Positions 53,378 to 64,000 of a DNA stretch of 64,000 nucleotides are shown here, one piece after another. Position numbers and translations under genes: made by a program. The notes under the pieces are model-generated. The model saw nothing but the letters and a program-made list of their open reading frames with translations, did no database searches and was not told the origin of the DNA. The stretch covers positions 188,916,250-188,980,249 of the forward strand of contig NC_068981.1 of the NCBI RefSeq assembly GCF_001194135.2, read 5' to 3'. The first letter of the stretch is position 1, and every line of letters begins with the position of its first letter. Source of the stretch: Octopus bimaculoides. Its lineage: Eukaryota.

Positions 53378-53760
53378 TATATTGGATGGGTTACAATACC
53401 AATAAGAGACACAAGCACTGATTCTATTTTATTCCTTTTACTACTAATAGTCAACTAGTGAACCATTTAATGAATTGGTTGTTTGATTAATCACTCAGTC
53501 AGTCAATCAGGCAGGTTCATCAGAATCCTTTCATCGCCATTTGCTCTGGAGGCCTGGAGTAGAGAGAATATGTCATTGATGAGGTTGTGAATTGTGTTTA
53601 AAACACTGACAAACATGACTGATTGATTGATTAACTGAATGCCTAATCAAACAATCAATTGGTTAATTGGTTCACTGGTTGACTATTAATAGAAAAAAGA
53701 AGCGAAATATAATCAGAGTGCATATGAGTTACTTATTGGCATTATGACCCACTTAAGATA
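53378..53760. mobile_element. Long-TIR foldback/MITE (arms about 140 bp)
   Basis: 53378-53515 is an imperfect reverse complement of 53610-53760, e.g. CTACTAATAGTCAACTAGTGAACC versus GGTTCACTGGTTGACTATTAATAG. Confidence 0.7.
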
Positions 53761-54460
53761 CAACCAAATTAGCCATACTGACTTCTATGTAAAAGATATT
53801 AATTTTTGGAAAACAGTATAATGGAAAATCTTACTTTTCAGAGCCCATGCGAGGAATACAAAAATTATTTAATAAAACATTAATTATATAATGCATATCA
53901 TCTGCTAGATGGACTGAGCTGTTAAACATAGCACTGACTTTTCTGTATTGACCTAGTAATCTTTGAGCTTCAATATAGTAGTGAATAGAAAAATATTAAC
54001 ATGGATAATAGTAAAGAGATGGGAAACCAAAGAACTGTAATAAAGGAACTTAAAAGAGATTCAAACATGTGGTTGGGGGTTCAGTCTCATTGTATGGTAG
54101 CTTGGGCAAGTGCCTTCTGCTATAGCTCTGGACCGATTAAACACTGAGGAGAGGTTTTGATAGCTGGAAACTAAAAGAAACATTCCATAAATACACATCT
54201 ATATATGTATGTGTGTTTCTGTGTCTCCTTGACTTGACATCAAATGATGGTGAACAAGCATCAGCATCATAAAAGTAATGTTGTTCATTTCCAATCTTCC
54301 ACAAAACCATGTCTGGTCAAAGGGGAATATTACCTAACTTGGAAACCAGTGAGGTTTGCAATAGATATGGCATCCAGCCATAGAAAAGGTACCCTTAACA
54401 GTTCTGTCTGACCCATGCAAGTATGGAAAAGTGAATGTGAACATGACAATGATGGTGCCT

Positions 54461-54673
54461 ATTCTTTTCTACTCTAGGCACAAGGCCTGAAATTTTTGAG
54501 GGGGGGGGGCAGTCGATTAGATCGACCCCAGTACACAATTGGTACTTAATTTATCGACCCCAGAAGGATGAAAGGCAAAGTCGACCTCAGCAGAATTTGA
54601 ACTCAGAACATAAAGACAGATGAAATTCCCTTAAGTAGTTCGTTCAGCATGCTAACGTTTCTGCCAGCTCACC
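54461..54673 (-). mobile_element. Family B SINE
   Basis: Full reverse copy. Others near 57405-57600, 57667-57746 (partial) and 62450-62655. Confidence 0.85.
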
Positions 54674-56840
54674 ATTCTGATAATGATGTCTATTGGCAAA
54701 TTAAAGATGCATTTCCTAAAAGTTGATAACTTTTGCTTAATAAAGTAATTGGCCTAAAATGCTTGCATTTTTCAGACTATAGATATATTAGGCCATTGTG
54801 TCGTTGACTTCACCTTTATGAAAGGTAATTATTTTTCCCCAGTGTAATATACTATAACCATAGGGATTGACTGACCTTCTGCAATTTAAAGAGAGTTACT
54901 AGTCATAAAGATTGTATATAATAGGAGAAGCATAAAGAGTCTGACCACAAAGAAAAAGTGGCTCAAAGAAATATGATGACAAAAATGTTATCATTAAACC
55001 TATTTAAAGATGCAACAGCAGCAGCTAGCAATTCTTTCTCATGACCCTTTAGCATGGACATGACTCTAAATCTAATTCCTTCTCAAATCAAGGATTCAGC
55101 CCAAAATGTCAAGGAACTTTCTTTTCCTCAGGGCAAACTATTTTATTCCACTGTGTGAACTGACTGTATCAATAAAAGGTCTAGGACAATTATACTATCA
55201 GAGAAAGAAATGTTATTCATAAGGCTTGGTTGGGTGGTTAAAAAGTTTGCTTCCCAATCACTTGGTTTTGAGTTCAGTCTCACTGTGAAGCACCTCAAGA
55301 AAGTGTCAACTATTGCTCTGTGTGGGCCAAAACCTTGTGAGTGAATTTGGCAGATGGAAATTGGAAGAAGTTCATAGTGTGAGTGTGTACGTGCATGTAT
55401 CTGTGCATGGGGATTTACTTTGGACATCTCTGAAAGTTGCTGAGCGATAAGTCATGGTATTGTTGTCATTTTCTCTCTCAGCAAGCTGTCCACTGGTTTG
55501 GTGCCTTTGAAGACATATGGAATGTGAGATCCATTACTTGACAAACAGGTAAAGGCTAGTGATAGGGAAAGTGTCCAACTGTAAAACAATGCCTTAATAG
55601 TACATTTGTCTTAAAAACAAATGAAAGAATGAAAGAGCTATTTTATTCCAAGAATTGTATTGCATTTGTATCTAAGGTAACAGATTTTGTGAGGACCTTT
55701 AGCAAGTCTCCCTAATTTAATATTAACTTGTTAAGAAGAATGTAAGTGTTTAAGAGATTAATAATATTTTATTAATCTCTGAAATATTAATAAAATATTA
55801 CATCTGAATGTCAAAGAGAATATTTAATTGTTATATCCCTTTATCAATGCTGGCATATGCAAACTTATTTCACATCAATTTTCTACTGTTGGATATAATC
55901 TAATAAATATGTATTCAACCATCTAAAGTCTGTCTTCATATTTACACTCGAGCTGTCATTTAATGACACTTATATGTTTAGTGTTTTTGTGTATGTGTGC
56001 GTGCGTGCATGCATGTGTGTTTGGAAAGAGAAAGCCTAACAAGTGCAGCATCTCTCTAGATTTCCATTAATTTGTTTTACTTTTAACTACAGCTCTTGCT
56101 TCTGAAGGCACACAGCCTAGTGGTTAAGGTGCTAGGCTGAATATTGTAATGATCTGGGTTTGATTCTTAGACACTGCAGTATATTTGGTCCTTCAGCAAG
56201 ACACTTCATTTTGCATTCATTCAGTCTATGCAACTGAAATGGGCGTCAGCCTTTACCTCCAGTTGTCACATCACGGATGTTCCACTGACTTCAGAGTGGA
56301 GGTGGACATCTTTGTCTGCTCATGACTACATATATATACCTAAAACTGTTAGCAAAAGCATGGAACACATGGTCATGCCATACTTACTTGCTAGCAACAG
56401 GTGGTTCTTTTTCTTTTTTGATGGCATTCACTGCCGTGATTAAGGAAAAAGTACCTCAAGAAGGCATTCTACATACCAAATACAAATCCAGTAGGATCTC
56501 ATGTATGTAATATAGTCATGTGATCAACTGAGATTTCTAAGGAATTAGGTGACAAAAATTCTTCTAAAAGTGTTTGAAAGGAAGGAAATTAGATCAAATG
56601 ATCAAAATGTTTAGACAACAGACATGGGTGTGTAGTAAGAAGTTTATTTCCCAACTACATGGTTCCAGGTTCAATCCCACTTCATGGAACCCTGGGCAAG
56701 TGTCTTCTACTATAGCCTCAGGCTAGTTAAAGCCTTGTGAGTGGATTTGGTTGAGGGAAATTGAAAGAAGCCCATCGTATGTGTGTGTTTTGTCTGTGTT
56801 TGGTGGTGGCGGCACCGGCACCGCCGCTGTGGCCGCTGAC

Positions 56841-56986
56841 AAATTTCCCCAAGACACGTGATGAAGGCTGGAGGGTATATCAGCTGAAACATTGTGTTAA
56901 CAACAAACAAGATGAGGACAAATATCCGTCAAATGTAAATAATGTAAATAATGTACATAATTCCTCATCTCTTAAATATAGAACTG
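56841..56986 (+). mobile_element. Penelope-like unit with degenerate hammerhead core
   Basis: AAATTTCCCCAA-GACAC-GTGATGA-A-GGCTG-GAGGGTATAT-CAGCT-GAAAC-ATT-GTGTT...CTCTTAAATATAGAACTG; near-identical to 7774-8016. Confidence 0.65.
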
Positions 56987-57600
56987 GAAAAGCAGTTTGT
57001 CAAACTTTTTGCACAATACAATGCAGATTAAAGGGGAGCTGGATTTAAAGTAACAACAACAGAACCTATTTGTTATCTTTAATGAACCATCTGTGCATTG
57101 GTCTTATATAAAATAACTGTCATTGGAGATATACCTCCCTTCTACACTGTCTAATTAATCTTTTGTTTGGCTCGATCTTTAAACAAAAATTAATCTACGT
57201 CCACTGCTTTTGTTTTACTGCCAGAGTAAACAAAATATAATATAGCTCACTGTGCTTAAGAAACAAACTTTAATTTTGCTTTCAAAATAACTGATGGTTT
57301 ATTATTATTTGCATAGGATCTATGTGTTAACCCTCAACATGTTTTAGAATTAGTTTGGCAAACAGCATATCACATCCAAACATAATGAAATAGTTTTTTA
57401 AATTTTAACACAAGTCCAGCAATTTTAAGAGGAGGTGATTAGTTGGTTACATTGACTCAAGGACTCAACAGCTACTTATTTTATTGACCCTGAAAGGATA
57501 AAAGACAAAGCTGGCCTCATCAGAGTTTGAACACAGAACTAAAAGAGATGGAAGGAAAAGCCTTTAAACATTTTGTACATGTTAACAATTCTGCCAGCTT

Positions 57601-57666
57601 CCTACTACTGTTGCTGCTGCTACTACTACTACTACTACTACTACTACTATTAATAATAATAATAAT
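57601..57666. repeat. (CTA)n(TAA)n microsatellite between two family B copies
   Basis: Directly visible. Confidence 0.9.
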
Positions 57667-58550
57667 CCTTTCTACTATAGGCACACGGCCTTAAATTTTT
57701 GGGAAGTGGGGGGGGGGGCAGTTGATTAGATTGACCCCAGCATTCATCAAAGAAACCAAAGAACAAAAAGAAAAAAGGAGGAAGAAGAAATGCACTCAAC
57801 ACCAGAACTGAAGACACCGCGGAAAGTGGAGGGGGGCACCACCGGATGTGGTTCCTCCTGATGATGTCTTTAGCCCCTGGATCCTATAAAGGAGCTGCTG
57901 AGGTAGTGAACCATGAAGCATGGTTGGAATTCCAGCTCTAATTTATGCAACTATAAAAAGATTGGAGTTGTCTTTTCCCTTCCTTGATTAAGATTTACAT
58001 AACCCTCACATGAAAACACAGAAATTTTTCCATGTTGTTTCCTACCACAACTACATTTGCTGCCCCTACATCACTTTCTTGACTCCACTTTTCCCAAATA
58101 TCTGCTGCTCCTCTCCCTCCCTTCCTGAGAATATGAAAAATCAGTTTTCCCAGCAGTATAGAGAGATAATATAACTAAATACTACTACAAGACAATTTGT
58201 CCAGTACCACCTTCCCACAGACAAATACATTGAAAAATCCTGTTCTGATGTGTAACAATGTTTAAGCTACAATGTATACATCTGAAATATATGCTCAAGA
58301 TGCAGGAAGAAATTATCAATAAATCTAAATATAAACAAATATATTGATGCTACATTGTGTGTACAGATGTTCTTTTGTGTATAATAGACACATTGAGAAA
58401 TATAACGAAAAAAAATTTATACAATAAACTGTACAATGGAGATGGTAGCGTTCGTCTACTTTAAGGAAACTCACCTCACTTTTGTTGTGAGAACTGAGTG
58501 TCATCATCATTTGGCCCCATGGACAGTTCCAATTAAGCAGATATGGTTAA

Positions 58551-58768
58551 CCCTTGAGCATTCGGATTACTCTGTTAAATGTAATGCTTATTTATTCAGA
58601 TTGTTTTGAATTGGTCATGTGTTATAATCGTAGCTTTGACATTTTGATGATGTGATTGCTTATTTTTTAGAAATTCTAGGATAGGTATGAGAGGCCAGAT
58701 CAGGCCAGTTTGAACATAAAATGGATGGAATATTTAGGCTAGATGTGGTCAGTTTAAATACTAAAGGG
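58551..58768. mobile_element. piggyBac-type MITE
   Basis: TTAA|CCCTTGAGCATT...AATACTAAAGGG|TTAA, perfect TTAA TSDs. Confidence 0.8.
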
Positions 58769-61206
58769 TTAAAGATTTTTCTCTCAAAGTAACCCATCAT
58801 GTTTTTAGGAATAGTGTATCTAGGACTACATTATTTTACATGTCCTTTTTTTCAAGACAATACAGTGTAATTCAAAGAATTTTTGGCTGCTGTTTCTAAG
58901 AAGTCAAATTAACACTTAGAGAGACTTTCATTAACTCGCTATTTTAAAGATTTATTGTATGAGAGACATGGCAAACAATAACATTTTTAATGTATGCAAA
59001 TATTTGAACTGGTGAAAGATTAATTCTATAAAACTGTAGAGCATCAAACAGCAGTGACAGTAAACTGTTAGTATTGATATGGTTTTTATATATTTATTTT
59101 ATTTACCTGTGGGTTTTCCTGGCAAGTTGAACAAATCGATTTAAGTATATGAATAATGTCTCTTTTATTACAACAAAGGAAACATCAGGTTATATTTCAT
59201 TTCGTGTGTGTGAGAGAGAGAAAGAACCTTTGTTTCAACATCATGATTGTAAACAAGCATTACCATCATACAAGCGATGTTGTTTTTAGTCCCTCATGGA
59301 AAACATGACTGGTCATCGGGAAATATTACCTTGCTTGAAAACGAGTGTTGGTGACAGAAAGGGCATCCAGCTATGGAAAATCATCTGACACATGCAAGCA
59401 TGGAAAAGTAGACATTGAATGATGATGATCTCACACACACACACACACACATTTATAGATATACTGGTGGGTGGGAGAACAATTGCTTTTAAACATTAAA
59501 ACATTTTTTCACTTCTTGCTATTTTAGAGTATCTATTTTCTTTAGAATATCTATAAAGATCCATGGGTTGGATTGTGTTTTTATCATCATGTCTGCTATT
59601 AAAATTTGATTTTTTTAGAATTTCGACTTGAATGTATGAACTATTTGTAACACAAAATCTAACATTTCTAAAATGACACAATGACTCCTACACATTGTAC
59701 ATACACAGCTGTACAATGTAAATGCTAAGATATAAATACACAACGTTACTTATCTAAATCAAATTTAGCAGACATGAAATCATCTGCACTGCAGTAGTTA
59801 CATTTCATTATTACAATCTCATTGTCTCTTGTTAATTCTGTTGTACTAAAGGTGAGAGAGGTTCAGCCGGATCAATATATCTAATTATTACTATATTTGA
59901 AATATATAATCTGTTATTGAAATCTCAGAATCAAATATTCTGTGAAATACATCTAAGGGAGTGATTCCAAAATGTGTTGATTAGAAGGTTTCCTGAAAAT
60001 TGATGATATATTCAGTCAACAATAACTGATTATTGTAACTATGGGTAATGAAGTCTAAGTAAAACTATAGATAATGAGATTTAAGTTAAAGTGTCATATG
60101 ATATGATAACAAATGCTAAGAGCAAGGTAGACTTAATAAAAGTTACTTATAAAATATGTTATTTACTGAAATGTTTACTTTTTCAGTTTGAATTCTCTTC
60201 ATAAGAATCAATAGATCAATGATTAATGGTTTTACACAGTGCTTCGAAGGAGGCAGTGGAAGTCTGTTAGGCGATTAAGGATGGCATTATGGTTATTTCT
60301 ATGAGTTCCCACATGCAGTCACAGAGATAAAATGGATAGTATATAACCAGTGATTTTTCAAAATGCTGTTCAAACTTAAGTTCTTTTATTCATGGATATG
60401 GGTTCAACAGAAACAGACTGAAGCTAGTGTAGCAGTGGCTCAAGGAGAGACTGGATAGATATTGCAGTAATGTGCAGAGACTAGGAAGTTTATATGATAA
60501 TTCATAAACGTGTATGTGTATACATAATCCGTCTGACCCATGCAAGCAAAAAAATGGGAAAATGGAAACAATGATTTAACATATATGTGTGTACACATGC
60601 ATGCACATACACACACACACAAAATTAATGAAGTAATGACACAGGATCAAAAGGAAATGTGCAGAAATTTGAGTACTTGAAGAGACTTAAAATACAAAAA
60701 TTTGAGTCATATTTTACAGCCCATTTGTAATCAGTGAAGATTAACTGGAAATTTAAATCTCTGTAACATCCTATAAAGGTGTATTACTGAAAGACAACCT
60801 AAATTATATGCACCAATATATAAGACAATGTAAAAATACCTAAGAATATTAATTGCACTATCAAGCAGCTATACATTCTTACATAAATGAACAAGAAAGA
60901 TCTTTTTCAAATGGCATGAATTCTTCATTGATATTATTTCAGGCATTTATTCAAAAGCAACTATCTTTTTATTCTGTCACAATTTTAAAGTCTTTTCTTC
61001 TTTTTTATTTAAATTTTCTTCAAAACATATCTATGACTACAACACTTCATTGTCTCAGAGACAGTTTAAAATATTCCAAAAGCTAATTCGTATAAATCTA
61101 AGAAGATCTGATTATCATTCAATATAAAAGTTGTTAGATTCAAATATGTATCATATATGCATTTAGACAGTCATTATAATTTCCTTGAAATAACTTATTT
61201 TTTCAG

Positions 61207-61317
61207 AATCTAGATGACTGGAGTTTTGATGTGTTTGCAACCAATGAAGATTCACATGCACTCAAATACGTTGGTTATGAACTGCTACAGAAGTATGATT
61301 TACTCAATAAATTCAAA
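61207..61317 (+). CDS. PDE1: PDE1 internal exon (111 nt, phase 0 to phase 0), start of the catalytic domain
   Basis: Acceptor ttttttcag| and donor |gtgagt. Translates NLDDWSFDVFATNEDSHALKYVGYELLQKYDLLNKFK, with the class I PDE W.FDVF motif and the PDE1-like H.LK...YEL...YDL.N.FK. Confidence 0.95.
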
Positions 61318-61639
61318 GTGAGTTTCAAAGAAATTTTTTCCTTTCTTTTTTAAATACCATCTATTCTTATTGTCAAAAATCCCATAATAAAATTGAAAAG
61401 AAAATTTCAGGTAGACATAATGATGAAGAAAATTGAGAAAATTTCAAATAATTTTCTTTTCAAATTTTCTGTTAACTTCAAGCTTGATGTGGAAGAATGT
61501 TTTTCTAGTTCATCTATTTATATCTTATGCCAGATGAAGGAGGTAGAGAATTAAGCCTTATTGTGGAGGTTTATATATCTTAAGCATTTCAGTTCTTTTA
61601 AACTAGGCTTCAAAATTATTTGGCTACTTTCCTATTATA

Positions 61640-61849
61640 CAGGGTGTTCACAAAGTCTGGGTACATGAGGATTAATACATACTTTAAGATATTATTATTT
61701 CTTATATTTAATTGCTTATGTTATGATTTTATTTACAGTCTGGGTACATGGGGATTAACACATACTTTAAGAAATTATTATTTCTTATATTTAATTGTTT
61801 ATGTTACGATATTAGTTACTCCATGTACCCAGTCTTTGTGGACACCCTG
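61640..61849. mobile_element. Tc1/mariner-type MITE with internal 83-bp tandem duplication
   Basis: TA|CAGGGTGTTCACAAAGTCTGGGTACATG...CATGTACCCAGTCTTTGTGGACACCCTG|TA; TIRs about 28 bp. Confidence 0.85.
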
Positions 61850-62659
61850 TATATGGAAGACTCTCCTGTCACGAAGGACCGATGAGGTGTCTGCAACTTC
61901 TTGTTGAATGATCTGCACATATGCTTGTGATGTAGAGTAGCTCACTCTCTCCATCAAAGCAACACTGCCCACACAGGTGCCACACATTAGATATGTCAAA
62001 ATGAGAGCTGAGTAATGTGAAATAAAGAGTCTTGCTCAAGAACACAACACACTATCCAGTCGAAGGATGGAAACTATGATCAGGCAATCATCTATGCATC
62101 AGCACAACCACTAGGCTATGTGCCTTCACACTTTCTTACAACATGAATCAAACAAAGTATAAGAGTAATATTTATTTAGTTAAGGAAGAATATGAAACAT
62201 CGATGATGCTCATAATCCCAATATATTTCTAATACTATATATATAAAAAAAAATATTGAGTTTTATTTCCTAAACTTCATTTACAAATTCTATGTTTTAT
62301 TGCTGTTTTTGGTGGTTATTATAAGGATTAATAAACTGTAATATAGACAGGTTTATAGCTTTTCCATTTAATGTTATTTCCTATATCTGGGTTTCCATGC
62401 TGGTTGATTACAGTGTCAGTTTGTTGATTTTGAAAAAAATTTCAGTATAATTCTGCTATAGGAATAAAGCCAGAAATTTTGTTGGAGGAGAATAGTTGAC
62501 TACATCAACCCCAAAGCTGAACTGGTATTTTATGTAATCAATCCCAAAAGGATGAAAGATGAAGTCAACCTTGGTAGGATTTGAATTCAGAACATAAAAC
62601 CAAAACAAATGTTGCTAAACATTTTCTCCAGCATTCTAACAATTTTGCCAGCTCACTAC

Positions 62660-63050
62660 TTTACTCTTTTACTAGTTTCAGTCATTTGACTGCGGCCATG
62701 CTGGAGCTGTGCCTTCAGTCGAGTAAATCGACCCCAGGACTTATTCTTTGTAAGCCTAGTACTTATTCTATCGGTCTCTATTGCCGAACTGCTAAGTTAC
62801 GGGGACGTAAACACACCACCATCAGTTGTCAAGCGATGTCGGGGGTGGGGACGAACACAGACACAAATATATACACACACATATATATACGATGGGCTTC
62901 TTTCAGTTTCTGTCTACCAAACCCACTTATAAGGCTTTGGTTGGCTCGAGGCTATAGTAGAAGACACTTGCCCAAGGTGCCACACAGTGGGAATGAACCC
63001 AGAACCATGTGGCTGGTAAGCAAGCTACTTACCACACAGCCACCCCTGCA
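62660..63050 (-). mobile_element. Full-length family C SINE
   Basis: Complete head, core, CA/TA microsatellite and tail in reverse orientation, largely CpG-intact. Confidence 0.85.
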
Positions 63051-63052
63051 AC

Positions 63053-63078
63053 TATAATAATAATAATAATAATAATAA

Positions 63079-63109
<31 letters not shown>

Positions 63110-63113
63110 AAGA
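63053..63113. repeat. (TAA)n(GAA)n microsatellite
   Basis: Directly visible. Confidence 0.95.
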
Positions 63114-63131
63114 AAAATGATAATGATATAA

Positions 63132-63210
63132 ATCCCAATTCAAATGGATCAGGTGTTTGAGCATAACAAATCAGACCTAGTAGTGGTGAACAAAAGTAAA
63201 CCACATGAGT
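63132..63210 (+). mobile_element. Short R4/Dong-type endonuclease fragment
   Basis: IPIQMDQVFEHNKSDLVVVNKS resembles the (WD)FPIQTD..IEHN.PDIV motif of the copies at 50.6 and 51.6 kb; lies just after the (TAA)n(GAA)n tract. Confidence 0.5.
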
Positions 63211-64000
63211 TCTATGTGTAGCTCCATATCAATCTTGGGCATCAGGAATCATTTACACTAAGCATTGTTCTGTGGCTCATGTAGAAGAGCAATGAACCAA
63301 GAGATCTTGATTGTATCTGCTGGAATGTCATTCTACATAAGACTCCTCCCAATTTTGTTGCTTCTTTTTCACCATTAGTTTACTTTTAACACCAAAATGG
63401 GTTGTTCATTCCCTCAAAATTTTCAGCATGTGGTTTGCAGATAAAAAGAATCCTATGGTATTAGGAAAAAAATATCCTCTCAGCCATTGTTGTTGTAGAG
63501 TGCAGTGGTTAGATTTATGGTAACAGTGCAAAGTTAGATGCTCTTCTGATTCTCAGAACTGATTTTATTGATACTTGAGTTATTGAAACTAGCATTAGAA
63601 ATGCCCACAGTGTCCTTATCAATCAATCTATAGTGATGAGGTGATCAACTTCTTGTTATGTTGTCACTGTGTAAAGGAAGTACATCAATTTGGGAATCAT
63701 GAAGCAGTTTTTAAGTCAAGCATAGGCTGCAGATGTACAGATATTTCAGTTGCTCTTAGGAAGAAATGACAGCCACTGCTGCTAAACAGGTTGAAGGACC
63801 TGAGAATTTCAAAGTTCTGAAAATTGTCCTAAGATCAAACTGCAAGAAAACTAATATGTTAATTATCTAACCAGTTATTTCCATACAGTTCTATTATTCT
63901 CCCAGAACAGCAAGGTTATTAAAAATGGATGAAAATAAAATAAATCATTTTGAAACTAGTCTTTCAATTTTTTTATCATCTTTTTTGGTAAAATTACAAA

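Overview
Eukaryotic, AT-rich, microsatellite- and SINE-dense genomic DNA, most likely from an octopus or another coleoid cephalopod (inferred from repeat families and composition, not from a database search). The window is the interior of one large + strand gene for a calcium/calmodulin-dependent cyclic nucleotide phosphodiesterase (PDE1). Four canonical GT-AG exons (12264-12377, 42243-42425, 52957-53023, 61207-61317) splice in frame to ...MRQIYDRVFKDDILKEDLLKNLAYAADVLEAVHIDETK-RLCDEDDELSEVEPDAVPTEVRDWLALTFTRSMNNIKRKGEEKPRFRSVANVIRAGIMVDR-IYRRMSGSVGLHIPQNVLTVLK-NLDDWSFDVFATNEDSHALKYVGYELLQKYDLLNKFK... The gene continues beyond both window edges. The rest is intron filled with several SINE families, hAT-, piggyBac- and Tc1/mariner-type MITEs, decayed R4/Dong-type non-LTR retrotransposon ends at (TAA)n tracts, Penelope-like relics with hammerhead ribozyme cores, microsatellites and two N gaps. 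Apart from 42151..42429 (contains exon 2) and possibly 27726..27938 (retroelement relic), the supplied ORFs look spurious. The best leads are: a candidate in-frame 12-nt microexon at the end of the PDE1 calmodulin-binding helix; a candidate in-frame 147-nt cassette exon; hammerhead-bearing units sitting inside a SINE; and a (TAA)n-joined stack of SINE and R4/Dong insertions. All of these are untested hypotheses. I cannot claim a wholly new biological system from sequence alone.
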